NCBI RefSeq assembly: GCF_024521635.1
Contig: NW_026250417.1
Span: forward strand, 1-64,000
Length of the DNA: 64,000 bases
Direction of reading: 5' to 3'
Origin: Tricharina praecox
Taxonomy: Eukaryota
The notes under the pieces are model-generated. The model was not told the origin of the DNA. It saw nothing but the letters and a program-made list of their open reading frames with translations, and did no database searches. Every line of letters starts with the position of its first letter. Position 1 is the stretch's first letter. Both the position numbers and the translations under genes were made by a program. Positions 11,626-25,185 of the stretch are shown here, piece after piece.

Positions 11626-12032
11626 GATAGGAGCAGACAACTTCGAGCGAAGAACTCTGCCGGCGCATGAGGGAGATAATTGCTCGGAAACTCCGATCTA
11701 TCTTGGGCGCGTGGTGTTTACCACCTGCCTAGTCGAGAAGACTATCCGAAGAGAGCTGACAACGACTCGAGGCTACGCCGCGGAACTCCGATGCAAAGGA
11801 AGCAGCGGAGCTACGTTAGGCCGCACTCTAGAGAAATCACGTGCTGAGGATCGGAACGACTATAAGTCGAACCGAGCGGGCAACCGAACCAAACTACAAT
11901 CATCGCACCAAACAAACCATCGAAGAAACACCCTTAAGATTATTCCGTTGTGAATTATCGAAATCCCTGACTTTTATTCTACACTCGATATTACCATAGA
12001 CTCCGACGACACAAACTCGTTCCAGTCTCACA
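11626..12032 (+). repeat. 3' portion of an LTR type A interrupted by element C
   Basis: Resumes LTR A sequence mid-way (GATAGGAGCAGACAACTTCG vs GATGGGGGCAGACAACTTCG) and ends AGTCTCACA. Confidence 0.92.
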
Positions 12033-13868
12033 CGGGCAGAACAATCGAACCCGCCCACCATCACGGAAGTCGGACCACAACAATCATGGTCCCTTCCAAA
12101 TCAAGAAGATCGTATCGCCGCTCGCTGTTAAGCTCACTCTGCCAAGGAAGTGGAAGATTCATAACGTCTTTCATGTCTTGCTGGTTGAATCATTCCGCGC
12201 CGGCAGCCGAGTACCACCGCATCCCTCTCACATCTTACGAGAGGCCGACGGTGTGGAAGGCAACGTAGAATACGACGTCAATCAGGTTATGGGCAGCTCG
12301 AAGAAGGGTCGACGAGTGCTCTACCTTGTGAAATGGCTCAACTACCCCGAACGACGGGAGTGGACGAACGAGCCATTTGACAACTACTCAGTAGGCGGTC
12401 GGGAAAAGCTACACGATTTTCATTGCAAAAATCCAGATGTGCCGAGGGACTACCGGCTCACAGATGAGTGAGAGTTGTTTCCCATGTGGTTTTCTTGAAC
12501 TCGCGCATGTAGTAGGATGAAGGGGATGGACGACTTCATCCACAGTTATCAGGTTAGGATAAAGGCGAGGACTTGGGTGCTTCGGGCCGACGCCTCATGG
12601 GAGGGGAGATGGTGTGACACCCCGATAGGTATCGGGAATCAAGACGGTCGCAAGAGATGTGTTTAGATAGTCTGGGTGATTAGAATAAAGTTGAGAGCCG
12701 AAGGGATAGTTAGAAGCGATGGAGGACAAGTTAGGAAGGCGAAAAGCAAACAGATTCCAGCCTCTAGACAGTGATCGGAGATGTGTCACGGCTCGCGACG
12801 GAATGACGAAGGGAGGGTCGGCACAAGGATCGGGAAAGTTGGGGGGCAGTGCAGAGGCAGTGCACCGGCAGTGCAAGCATGAGTCGCAGAGGATTGGGGG
12901 CTGTGTACAGGGAGCAGGGATAGCGCAGTGATGAGTCGCAGGAGATTGGGGCTGTGTGCAGGAAGCAGGGGTAGTCCGGCTGCGCAGGGTATGAGTCACG
13001 GAAGTGGGGTACTGGCAAGGTGGATTTCTCAGGGTCTGGCACACGCCGACGGTTATTGTCAGGTTGCGGGAAGAAGTGGAGGATTTCCTATATAAACGGG
13101 CCATTGCGCCTCTGTATTTAGTTCTTCACGCAACAACTTGTTAATTCAACCACTGTTACCTCTGTCCTTGCCTCGGCTGCCGTCTGCGCCGTAGTTCTTG
13201 TCCCTGCCTCTGTTCTCAGTTGCCGTCTGCACTGAGCCCTGCCTCACCTTGTCCCCTGAACCTGTCTTGCCTCTACCGAACCCAGGACCCGATCCTCAGC
13301 CCGGCTTCGCTACCTGGAGCCTTGCCCGACCGCGCTGTCACAACATGCGTGTGAGCGGGGTAAGAGTCCAGAGGACTTTCAAATCTCTGTTCACAGGGCC
13401 CCGCAGTAGGAACTCCGATCCAGGGAACAACTGTTATGACGACAGGATCTAACATCGACCTATGGGGGCAGGGAGCTTCGAGCGAAGAACTCTGCCGGTG
13501 CATGAGGACGATAATTGTTCGGGAACTCCGATCTATCTTCGGCGCGTGGTGTTTACCACCTGCTTAGTCGAGAAGTTTATCTGAAGAGAGCTGCTGACGA
13601 CCCCAGGCTAGGCCACGGAAATCTGATGCAAAGGAAGCAACGGAGCCGCATCAGGCCGCACTGTAGAGGAATCACGTGCCCAGGAACGGGACGGCTATAA
13701 GTGTTGAACTGAGCAGGCAACCGAACCGAACACAAATCATCGCACCGAACAACCATCGAAGAAACACCCTTAAGATTATTCCGTTGTGAATCATCGAAAT
13801 TTTCGACTTTTATCCTTTACTCGATATCACCATAGACTCCGACGACCCGAACTCGTTGCAGTCTCACA
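12033..13868 (+). mobile_element. Older family-A element, 3' end (integrase C-terminus/chromodomain 12033-12471, PPT, LTR 12613-13868 interrupted by a solo LTR C)
   Basis: Colinear with ~4791-6060 with many substitutions; pol ends RLTDE at 12471. Confidence 0.93.
12784..13342 (+). mobile_element. Solo LTR type C with near-perfect 5-bp TSD (AGATG/ACATG)
   Basis: TGTCACGG...CTGTCACA; the flanks rejoin into continuous LTR A sequence. Confidence 0.9.
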
Positions 13869-13969
13869 CCTTAAGATTATTCTGCTGTGAATCGTCGAAA
13901 TCTCTGACTTTTAGTTTATACTGGATAACTACCAAGACTCCGATGTCCCAAAACCGTCTCAGACTCACA
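13869..13969 (+). repeat. Terminal ~100 bp of a further, more diverged LTR type A (outermost layer)
   Basis: CCTTAAGATTATT...GACTCCGA...GACTCACA matches the LTR A 3' end. Confidence 0.8.
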
Positions 13970-15471
13970 GGTGAAGTGGCTGAGGGTGATGGGGAGATTA
14001 TTGGGCAGGAGCACTCACTGCTGCGAAACTGGGTGTTAGGGGATGTTGATGTTTTTGATATCACTCGGTGTGATTATGTTGAAGCTCAGGCGCTAAAGCA
14101 TATCACACACGCTCATATCACTGTACGTAGTACCCCGCCCTGGACTTGCCACCCAAGGGATAGTACAGTACGTTATCTGAACTCGCCATCTTGTTTGCAG
14201 ATGGACAGAACTCAATACTGTGCCGGTGGGGCTGCGTGGGTTTCTACCATTTACATAGAGCCACTCCGTCAAATAGGTAGTAGCTCCAGCGGTGTCAATC
14301 GCCGCCGCGACTCGCCGACCAGACGATCACGAATCACCGCAGGGGATCACGCGGAGAATCAGGGTTCTCGGCTAACGAGCTCCGCCCAAGCCCAAGCCCA
14401 AGCCTTGACCTGGGATATCGTTACGATGCCGTTGCCGGGGGTTCAATCTCCAGTAACGTAAAATCAACTCGGTGCTGGCAACAGCTGCTGCTGCTGCATG
14501 CTGGCAACGCCTATGTACTCCGGGGGGGGGGGGGGGGGGGCGGCTAGTACATACAATCCTCGTGAGCAGTGGAGCCTTGAATATTCGCCTCACCGTCACC
14601 GGCCGTCGTCGGATGGTCGGCGTTTCCATCGGGCCGAATCGACTGACAACAACGATGCGGGGATTCCCCCTATGTAGAGTATATAGACTACCAACATAAA
14701 TGGTGCGCCTGCACCTGAATCTGCACTAATCGAAGCGATGTGGAGTGGAGACGGAACTCTCCATCGCCGCCAGCGCCGTCGCGTTTATGTGATGGCGAAT
14801 CCCCAGCGACCCCATCAACCGGGGGCGGGGGTCGAGGGGCGGGGGGGAAGCCTCAAAAGCCTCAAAAGCCTCACCGAACGGAGTGGACAGCTAGATACCT
14901 AACTATCCTATGTATCTAACTACCTACTCCGTCTGGTATCCCGATGCCGAATTGTACGTAGCAAGCACTGCTTACTTCATTTTGGATACATTATTCAGAC
15001 TCCGCACGTCGCACGCCTCACCCACTGGCGGGCCGGCCGGACATGTCATCCGTCCGATTCGCACCGCCCCGTCCCTCGCGCCCCCCGCTCGCTCGCTCGC
15101 TCGCGCGCCCGTCCAGAGTCCATCCATCCCCGCTTCACCTAGACAACGGGCCATGTTTAGTACAAGCCTAGACCGGCGACAAGAAAAAACAAAGCGGGCG
15201 GACGGGCTAGACCCCATGGTTCCTCCGCAACCGCAACGCAGCGCGAGTGCCAAATGCAGGTACCCGCCATGGATGATGGATGTGTGGGCTGGGCTCGTTG
15301 CGCTGCGCTCGCTGCGGGGTCACGGGTGTTGATTAGTCGGTCGGTCGGTGCGGCGGCGGTGCACCCCCACCCGCTCCGGGCTCCGATTGACCGTTCGTGT
15401 TATACCTCAGTAAAGTAGTGGTGTGATGTCGCCGCGGCTCTGACCGCTCCTTGCACGGTAGTTATGCATCG

Positions 15472-15473
<2 letters not shown>

Positions 15474-15505
<32 letters not shown>
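15474..15505. repeat. (GT)n microsatellite
   Basis: About 16 GT units. Confidence 0.95.
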
Positions 15506-15506
<1 letters not shown>

Positions 15507-15781
15507 GTGCGTGTGTGAACGTGCATATCTACCTAGAGATCTTGGGCCGGTTTGCTTCCGCTCGCTGACAGTCCGCGCCGAAGCATCCCGCGCAGTAGCT
15601 TGGGGAATTGTGACTCGTCAAGCGTGGGGTGTGCTGGGGGCACTGCGTGCGCTGCGATGTCCGAACCAAGAGGTCGGACATGGGGTTAATATCGCCAGGA
15701 ACTCCGTGAGTGAGGGATCCGGAGTTGTGTGTGTGCACGGCGACCCGTCGGTCTCTTGACTTTTTGCCACCGCGACATATA

Positions 15782-16231
15782 TGGTTGGGGACTCCTAGAG
15801 CCGGTGGGGTGGGACATTCGTGGAAACATCGAATTAATTACAAAACGCGTAATAAATAGCGATTTGTGAGATTTATTTTAGCAAAATAGGCATTTTTAAA
15901 TCCATTTTAGGCCTATCTGAACCAAATATCAGCCCAAAATGGTTCTTGGCTTACCCGATTGGCTGTCCATGGGCCCAGAATCGGCAAATTCAGTGCAAAC
16001 ATGGGTAAATCGGGTGATAACAGGGGAGGGACATTGGGTTGGCCTCCATACAAAATGATTTATTTTCTAAATTCTTCTTCTCCACAACCCCGCGTCTTAA
16101 AATTAATCGGACGTTATTTGAATGACGGCCATGCGATTCTCTATCGATTAATAGAGAATTTTTGTTCAAAAAGAACTTTTTGGTGGAGGAGATAGGTGTC
16201 AAAGTTAGGGGTGTTTTTCCGTCCCCAACCA
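15782..16231. mobile_element. Putative MITE (~450 bp, AT-rich)
   Basis: Perfect 14-bp inverted repeat ATATGGTTGGGGAC (15779-15792) / GTCCCCAACCATAT (16221-16234), readable as a TIR plus TA (or ATAT) TSD; interior markedly more AT-rich than the flanks. Confidence 0.65.
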
Positions 16232-19200
16232 TATGGAAATAGTAGACTGCGATTGATGACGATCTGCCGGTTTGTGCATATGGTGATAAGTTGGTTGGTA
16301 GGCTAAGCTGCCTTACTTGCGCTTCGTGCGATCGGCGGTGCCGCGCAGTGTTGATAGGTACAAAAGTAGATGAGCGGGTCTGTGGGCGAGGTCCAACGTC
16401 CAACCAGTTCAACACTTCATTATTAATTGGCCCGTGTATACATCTCAGGCATCGTCAAACAGTTAGGCTACTATTTACAGGATGTAAATAGTAGGCGCAG
16501 ACTCAGCCCTGCCGCTCTGCGTTCGTGTTGCGGCGGGCTGTTGCGCTACGCCGTGCCGTGGAGTGATGGCTAGTGATACGATTCGGAGCCGCCGTCAACG
16601 CACGATGTGAGATCGGCTGCAGCGATTATTCTATTGGACCGGATGCGAAGTGGCGCACGTATCGTAGCTTAAATGTTCGCAGTAATCACCTGCATCTGAG
16701 ATCTGTCGTCGTGCAAGCAAGCAGACAGGCAGGCAATAAGGCAGGCGAGCGGAAACAGAGCCGTCGATTCGGCGCAGCTCTGGGTGTGTGGACTAGTTAT
16801 AGGTACTAATATGTACGTGAAGTCATGCTCACGAAATTCTTCAGGATCCGTTCGACGCTCTACGTGGTACGGAATGGCGAGAAACCCGTTTCACCACCCC
16901 CCCCCCACCCAGTCCACCAGCCGCTTGTCTCTCTTCTGCTGCCTCCTCCGTCCCCCCCAGAACTTGCTTTTCGAGGGCGGGAGATTGCACCTCGCGTAGG
17001 CGACTAGCAATTCCAGATCCGTGGTCGTGGACCACCCCCATCTCCCCCCCCTCTTATCCGTCGGGGGGTCTGGCCGGGAGGCCTGCTTGCGGTGGACTGG
17101 CTCTGCTGCTGCTGCTGAGCAGCCCCTCATTTCTGGGGAGTGTGCACGGCCGTGGGCAAGATTAGACGAGACGAGACTTGAGACATGAGGTACTCACCAT
17201 ACTTGGTAACTCATAGTTATGCTCATGTGAATTTCCGGCTGCGACAGGCGGTAGGTCCCGGTGGAGCGGGCATCTGGGGCGTGCGTGAGGGCGCATGCGG
17301 TCAACCGGATCCGTGACGATTCATTCGTGCGCAATTCGTAACTGCAGACTCTTTTGCATCCGATCTCGTCTCGTCTTGTCTGGTTTGGTCTCGTCTCGCC
17401 GTCCGGTTGCGGTGACCGTGACGGCTCGAAATGGGTCGGCGATGGACGCGGACGGCGATGGGGGAGGGGGATGACGAGGACAGGACGGTTAGATGGAGGC
17501 ACGGCGTGACCGGAGAGACGCATAGCATGCCGCGTCTATGCAGATACTGTATGCACACGTAGAGTACTCTACAGCACTCCTCCTCCTCCACCTCCTCCTC
17601 CTCGTCTTCCTCCTCCTCCTTGTCCTCCTCCTCCACTCCTCATCCGCGCACTCTCCTATTCGCACCTCCCTCTTGTCACATTCTTCACCCCCATCACCCT
17701 TCGTCTCCTCCTCCCACAAGTCTTTTCCGCGGGGGTTGCCAACTACCGAAGCAAGACGCGCGCCCAGTGCACAGACGACAACCCGTCCTTCTCCGTTCGA
17801 ATTTGTGTGCACGCATGCAGCATGTGCCTGCCGCTTTCTGAGCCGCCCGGTTTTTAGCCGGCGAACGAACAGCGCAGCTCAGCACAGCACCACCCTCTTC
17901 GTCGGGTCTTTTTCTTCAGCCCCACCACCACGAAAGCGACAGACCAGCGGCGGAGGAGCACCGGTAAGAGTAGGTACCAAATCATATCAGATGCGAACAT
18001 GTCCGTCCTTCCTCCTGATCCTGCTCCTCATGCAATGCACGCGCAAGGCGAGGCGACCACAGGCAACGAACGATGCAGATTTGTGCAGATGCATCTGAGG
18101 CATAATGTATTTGCTTTCTTTTCTGCTGGTACTGCTGCGTGCTGGTGGGCTGTCTCGATGACAGGTAGACGATTAAGGGAAGGTCCGCAGGCCCCAGGGG
18201 GGGTGGAGAAAGCCCGGCGGAGACAGCAGGAGGCAGACAGGCCCCGTCCTCTTTCTTTCCTTTTCTCAGTTGTTTCTCGATTTCTTTTTTCGCCGAGGAG
18301 TGGTAAGTCTGTCCGACGAAAACGCTCGGTGCAGCCATCGCATCGCATCGTACTTCACCGAAACGCCCAGAGCATTTTTCCTCCGTGTCGTGAAGACTTC
18401 GCGACATGCCCTATCGCCGCGCCTTCTGGACTACTGTACAAACGTGTGTCTGTGAATGCGGTGCCGATACGAGCGTGAAGACAATGGGCTGTTTTCTGAG
18501 GAGGGGCGTGGGAAGTGGGGGGCGGCGTGGTGCTCCTGGAAGGGCCGTTAGTTCTGTGGCAAGCGGGCTGGCTTCCAACTCGGTAGCATCCAGGCGGCGT
18601 CTGACCCATGTTGGTGGGGTGATGACTGGAGGCGGAGGAATAAGTGGAGATGGCATCTCACGGGGGGTATTCGCGTTCGAGGGGGGAGTTCGGGCAGCCC
18701 ACCACCATCACCACCACCGGGACCTCGACCACCACCCACCAACAACACCACCACCACCACCACCACCACCACTACCAACAACAACAACATTATCACCACT
18801 AGCCCACTGTTCATGACAGGAGAGACGGCCAGAGAGGCGATGCCGTGAACGAACAAAAAGCAATAGTTGGCCAAGTACCTTGTGCGTACTCTACAGGTGC
18901 TGTTTGGCTCTGTCCCACTGCTCGGGTGTCAGCAGGGAAGAGCCCCATCGCGGCCGTCCACTGGCTGCGCCCATCTTTCCCGCTATCGAACACTAGTTCG
19001 GCGATATTATCGAATTATTGGCTGGAACCTCGCCCTAGCAGAATGGCCATCGCTGCTACACTTTACCACCTTGTCCTGGTTGTATGGACGTAACTACCTA
19101 AGGAAACCACTACTTAACTCATCACACCCTCCCCCTCACCCGACACCACTCTCCTCACCTCGTCTCAGCTGTCGTCTTCGCCTCCTCCACCCCCCACACA

Positions 19201-19411
19201 CCCCCTTCTCCCTTCACTCTCCGAGCATTCCCTCCAGCAGCTCCACCGTCGTTGTCAACCGCCTCTCACTCTTTCCGCTCGCCTCCACTGAGCCATCGTC
19301 GCCCTCCATCCTACCGCTCGATCGCACTCCAACTCATCTTCGCCATCAGTCGTTCCCGCCATCTCAACCCGCCCACTCCCCGACGCAACCAATTTCGTCG
19401 CCGCGAACGAG

Positions 19412-20864
19412 ATGCTGTCTCCGCCCACCAACCCGATCGCAATCACCATCCTGACCGGCTTCCTCGGTTCAGGTAAGACGACACTGCTGCTGTCGTTGTT
19501 GCCTCAGCTGCCCGCCGGCTACAAGCTGTGCCTGCTCAAGAATGAGTTCGGTGATGTGGCCGTCGACTCGAAACTCGCGCAACAGAGTTCGGTTGCCGGC
19601 GTCACGGAACTTCTCAACGGCTGGTACGGCACCCCCTCCCTCTCCCCCCTTCCCCGACAATTCCGTGCCTTGTCTTCAACTTCCATTCTCTTGCGCCGGT
19701 GAACTCAATGGCTGATGGAACGAATGTAGTATCTGCTGTAACCTCGTCGGCCAGCTCGGAGAGGCTCTGCTCACTCTCAGGGACACTTACAAGCCTACAC
19801 GAATCGTGATTGAGACCTCGGGTTCCGCCTTCCCTGCCACACTAGCGATGGTACGACTCCACAAAACCCCCCTACCCCTCACTTTCCACAGCCTCCAAAA
19901 AAAAGTTGCCACCCGCTAACAAGGGGCCGCACAGGAGGTAAACCGCATCTCCGCCGAGAATGGTGGTATCTTTCCCATCGACGGCGTCATCCAAGTCATC
20001 GACGTCGAGAATTGGGCTGGCTACGCCGACACGAGCTACACCGCGAAGCTGCAAGCAAAGTACACGGATCTGATCATCCTTAACAAGTGGGAATTCCCGG
20101 GGAAGGAGCGCGAGGAGGAGGTGATGGACCGCATCCGCGACGTGGCTGACGACACTCCGATCGTCAAATCGCGACACGGCTGGGTCGACAAAGACGTCAT
20201 CTTCGGAATCGACGTCAGTCTGGCGCGCAGGCTGTCCACCGACGCTGGAATCCCCGAGGAACACGACCACGAACACAGCCGCGAGGTTGATGTCCTCTCG
20301 CTTACGCTGCCCCAATCGAGCGATGACGACGGCGGATACGTGGACGTTACGGCGCTCGAGACACTACTCAAGACGGTGCCGAACGACGAGGTCTACCGCA
20401 TCAAGGGAATCCTACGACTGCGCGTACCGCCGCCGCAGCATCCCGACACCGTTACGAATGAAGACACACCCATCACGCCGCCCGCCGGAAACCGCTGGGT
20501 GCTTAACTGGGCGTTCGGGCGATGGCGGTTCGTGCCGCTGCGCGAGAGCAGCGTCATCACCACTATCGACACGGAAACTCCGATCAAGACAGTCGAGGAG
20601 TTCCCGCCATCCAGCCTCACCGTGTGCGCCGAGACCGAGGCTTCGCTGAAGCAGCGCAAGGGCAGCATCGAAGTCATGGTACAGACCAGCATCCGCACGG
20701 TCGTCGAGGAGAAGGCTCCCGAATCCGGCGAGTGCGCACGGATGAGCTTCGTGCTGGGTCGGGGCGAGGGCCCCCGGTGGAAGGCCAAGCTGGAAAAGAA
20801 CCCATTGGTGCGCTACGATCGTCCTGGCTCAACCACCGTGGCTAGCATCGTGAGTTTGGTTTAG
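19412..20864 (+). CDS. CobW/P47K (COG0523) G3E-family metal-binding GTPase, ~420 aa; exons 19412-19623, 19730-19850, 19935-20864
   Basis: Walker A GFLGSGKT, NEFG, spliced GCICC, Walker B IVIETSG, LNKWE, short HDHEH, YRIKG; both introns GT-AG with branch sites and frame-preserving. Confidence 0.92.
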
Positions 20865-23800
20865 TGGGCTTCGGTTGGGGGCGGGGGATTGATATGGTTT
20901 CTGTATGGGCGCAGTATTGGTGTTTGGCGTTTTTATTTCCCTTTCTTTCTTACTGTTCTGTTCTGTTTTGTTCGTTTTACTTGATAGGGTTATTTTTGCG
21001 ATTTGTTCATTGTCTCGCCGCTGCGATTGGGCAGGCTGGCACATGTCGAGACTGGACAATACTGGACCGACAGATGGATGAAACGATGGGGAATCTCGCA
21101 GTACGGTACATACAACCTACGTAGCCACACGTCGCATTCTATACATACCCAATCAGTAGTTACATCTTGTTAGTTATGGAGAAACGCGATAACCGTGCAA
21201 TGTCTCCCTACTGTCCTCAGCAAACTATTTCCCTGTAACCCCCTTCTACCGACCTATGTATAATACGTAGATGCTACTGGTAATGCCTAAGTAATCCCTT
21301 CTGTGTAGATACCACAGCCCCTGAAGGCTGACATCCGTCCACGTCGGTGTGCAGTCGGTGTGCAGCGTTATCCGCCCTACCTACATACATCCGTGTCGGA
21401 CCACCCGTGTCGGACAACCGTACGGTACCTGCACAAGACGGCCAGTCTACGGCAGCTGCCGTCGAGTATGTATGCAGTCCGTTTTCTGGTGTGGGCCGGG
21501 ATGGATGGGTGGTATGCATGGGAGTTTTTCCGTTGGCGGGGGCCGGGGGTGGCATAAGTGAACGGGGGGCAGAGGGGGCATAAGGGGACGGGGGGCACGG
21601 GGGAAACGGGACGGGACGGGCGAATGCGGGTGCGGGATTTGCTTGCTTACATACTACATAAATACGTATAGCCTTGTAGGCTTGTAGGCTTGTAGGCTGC
21701 CAGCGGGGATGGGAGTGGTGGGGTTGGGCAGGGGAATGCGATGGGAGGGAAGGCAGGGGAGGGAGAGCAGGACGATGAGAATGGCAGGGGAGGACGATGA
21801 GGCAGGGGCAGGGGGGCGATGGGGATTAAGCATTGGTAAAGCCCGTGACAAACTATTGAACATCATTGACGGGTAGCACATTCGTTACCAAGGGCGGCGG
21901 CGGCGGTGGCGGCGGCGTTTGCGTGTAGTACGTGTGGCCTTGCACTCGCGAGTCGCCATCCAGCGTTTGCCGCGCCCGCGAGCGGCAACATGTGAAGGTG
22001 CGTATGTACCAGGAACTACCGGTATACATAGTAGGCGTCCAATCGCGGAGTACGCGCGTTTACATGTACCACAGCACCGCAATACCGGCGAAGGTATGGT
22101 CTCTTCTTTGCATCCCATCGGGCGAAAACACCAAGACATATTCTGAAAGTACATTGGTGCACTATGTGCCTACTATATATCGGTACCTACATTGTGTTCC
22201 CATTTGCTTTCCTCCCCGGTATTGGATGCAGGTACGTACTATAATTCTCCCCCACGCCCACCTGCCGTGTTACCGGCTCGGTCTTTCGACCGTCACGCTG
22301 TTTGCAACTCTGGATGTAGGCATGTGCGGCATGTGCGGCAGATGGGCGAGGGGCAGATGGGGAATTCGTTCGCCAGTGCACTCAGGGCGCCTGGTAGAGG
22401 ATAATATATTATAGTACCTATCGAGAGGCCATCCAGAGGCCACACGGGAGTGCATTACTGTTAGCTGCACCGTAATTCGCATGAACATGTGGTCCGGTAC
22501 CGTTCACGTCTCCTTCCGGGCTGATTGACTCCCCGTTCAATGGCAATGTTGGGTCTACTGCCGCCCGCGGTGTGGTGAGTGGTGAGTGGTGATTGGTCTT
22601 ATCTAGTTTCTCTCTCGCCTGGGTGTAATCTGTATATTACGGTAGGTGTTGTACCGAATGTAGGCAGTTGTTCGCATTGCATTCGCACACGGCAGAGGCT
22701 GCGTAAGTAAGTGTTCGTTTGAAGGACGGTACATGTACATGTGAAGACTCGTGTATCACATTTGTTTTTTCCGAGGGACGAAACCGCCCCCCAACCTATC
22801 TCCCGGTTCCGGTGGTATGTCTGCAGGTATGTACGCACTCCTCAACCATGCATGTCGGCGGGGGGGAGGGGGGGAGTTGGGGGAGACTACCGGTATTATC
22901 TGGCCTCTACCCGCAGCCCGGTTGTTTGCAATTTGTAGCCGTTGGATAGGTGGTGATCGTTCCGCATCGGCACCTTCAGTTGTGGAAGACGCCCAATGCC
23001 CAATTCGTCCGCGCTGCATTAGGGGCGGGAGCCGAGAGGTGGGAGCCTGGGAGGCGGTGGTTATTTGCGGAGCGGAGGGTGGACAACGACTCAACGAGCA
23101 AGTACCGTACTTACCTGGGTAGGCAGCGGTTCGCTTTTCTTCCCGGACCCTGGCACTGGCACGGGTGTTATGCAGGTACCTACATGCACCGCCACCGTCC
23201 CATAGTTACACCCAGCCACAAGCGAAGGAGGGAAGCAGTCGTTATCTGGTGCCTGGTCAGCCCGATAGTATGTAGGCAGTCGTTCGCATTTGCCCCTTCG
23301 TATCCGCCACAAGCCGTCTATCAGTCCGTCCTGCAGAGCTTTTCTCGCTGGATCTAGCGGGATGCAGGTACCACTATGTATACTAATATACACACAAGCT
23401 GCACACGGAAGAGGAGTTGTTGCCAAGGACAATCTAATTGTTGTCTGGTCTGGTCTGCTTAATGTACTTCAACCGGAGAACCCAGTTTTCTACAAATGTT
23501 GGAGACACCTATGGTAACGGTAGTTATCATCTGCCTTCCAGATGAACCCCCGTCCCGCCCGTCCGACGCCGGGGTTTTTACTAGGCCCATTTCCCTCCCT
23601 CGAAATAGGTAACCAAAGACACGTCCGAACTTTGTCCGCATTAGCCCCCGTGGCCGGCTCTGGGGGCTATCCAGCCGCGGCCCATGATTGTTTGCAGCGG
23701 ATGATGGTTTATCCGCGCTCAAGTTCCGTGTCACTTCCCCGTTGGGAAGGTCCACACTCCTTCACAGGATATCACCCGCTTACCGACCAGTGGCCATCGG

Positions 23801-25185
23801 GGAGTATGTATGTGGACTAGTTAGATATGCGCGCTGACCGGTGGCGAGTGGGGTACGCCCAGGGTGCGACGATGGGAGGCGATTTGTACCCAGTGTCTGC
23901 ATGCGCTGGTGAGGTGGGCGGGTTATCTGCCGAGCGGTGGTCTAGCCTCCCCCCCTGCTGTGATGAGTATATGTACATTACATAAACCAGATATGACAGT
24001 CGTGGGAGGCGAAGGTGGTACGACAACTCCCGTGGTCTAGAAGTGAACTCCGAATCGTGGAGTGGTTGGGGGGTGAGGACTGGGGAAGGGGCCGATGGAC
24101 CAACACATCCAGGATCCGCAGGGAAAGTCATGGCGCTTGGGCGCTTAGCTGGAAGACGGCCCGTCCCTGGCTGTGAAGGTGATGCTGCGGTTTACCCGAG
24201 CGGCCAATTATCGCCGGCGACAAGGGTAAGGTTTTGGTGGTCGGCGGGGGCGAGGCAGGTTGTTGTTGCTAGTGAAAATCTGACCGGATTCGGGGTCCGT
24301 AGGTGGTAGGTACTCGTGGTGAGTGTAAAAAGTGGCTGCGGTACCTAATCGCCACTGTGAGCCGGGGTATGGCCTCATCTAGAGGACGTTGTCGGCGATG
24401 GGCGGCTCGACCCATTGTGGCTAAAGCTACTGGTGATTACTTGGGAGGGAATGTCACAATTCGAGGTCTCGATGCCGCAAATGATATGCACAGATGCGAT
24501 GATGTTGGTTCGACATGCAGATTTTCGCGAGCTATTTTTTTGTTTCTTCGTTTATTCAGATACCTAGGCCATCTAGACTTGTATTTGACTATACGCACAT
24601 CTCCTACCCCCGTCTTCAGTCCCGGCAAAAGACTCGATGCAGCAACCTCGCCTCCCCAGCCTCCTTTGGCCACCCAACAGAGTGATTCTACCAAGCATCT
24701 CAATCCCAAGCTGAGCCGATAATGACAGACTTGTTAAAGCAAGGCAACCCGTCTCTGTCCCTCCACTGCCTCCCTCATTTCCCGCTCCAGCCGAGCCAGG
24801 AACTGATCGATATCCAAGGCTAGCACATGTTACAATGCCTTTCATCCCTATCCACTCCAGGCTACGCGCTAGCCGCCTCCTCCGCTTCCGCCACTCCAGG
24901 CATTAGATCGCCTGCCAACGTCTACTCGGAGCCCCGAGTAGGTAGAGAGTTCTATAGGACGTCCGTAACTCCCGGGCTGCATCGATCGGTCCCGCAAAGA
25001 GAGTTCCGGTCATTGTGCGGTTGAGTAATCGGGCTGATCAATCATGATTCATCACCTTTGACCACCCGTTCGGCTTGCCACACTGTCTTCTGCCCCAATC
25101 TAGGTATAGGCGTTGCATTCTTCATAGAGGTGCCACCGGGACCGTACTTTTTGGGGGGTGTACCGCTAACTTTACCGGGTAGGCA

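Noticed and set aside
16891..17226. Minus-strand ATG, GTGAGT donor, CTAAT branch and CAG acceptor suggesting a spliced gene
   Set aside because: Splicing from the ATGs gives immediate stops and the downstream frame has no coding features; at most a non-coding transcript
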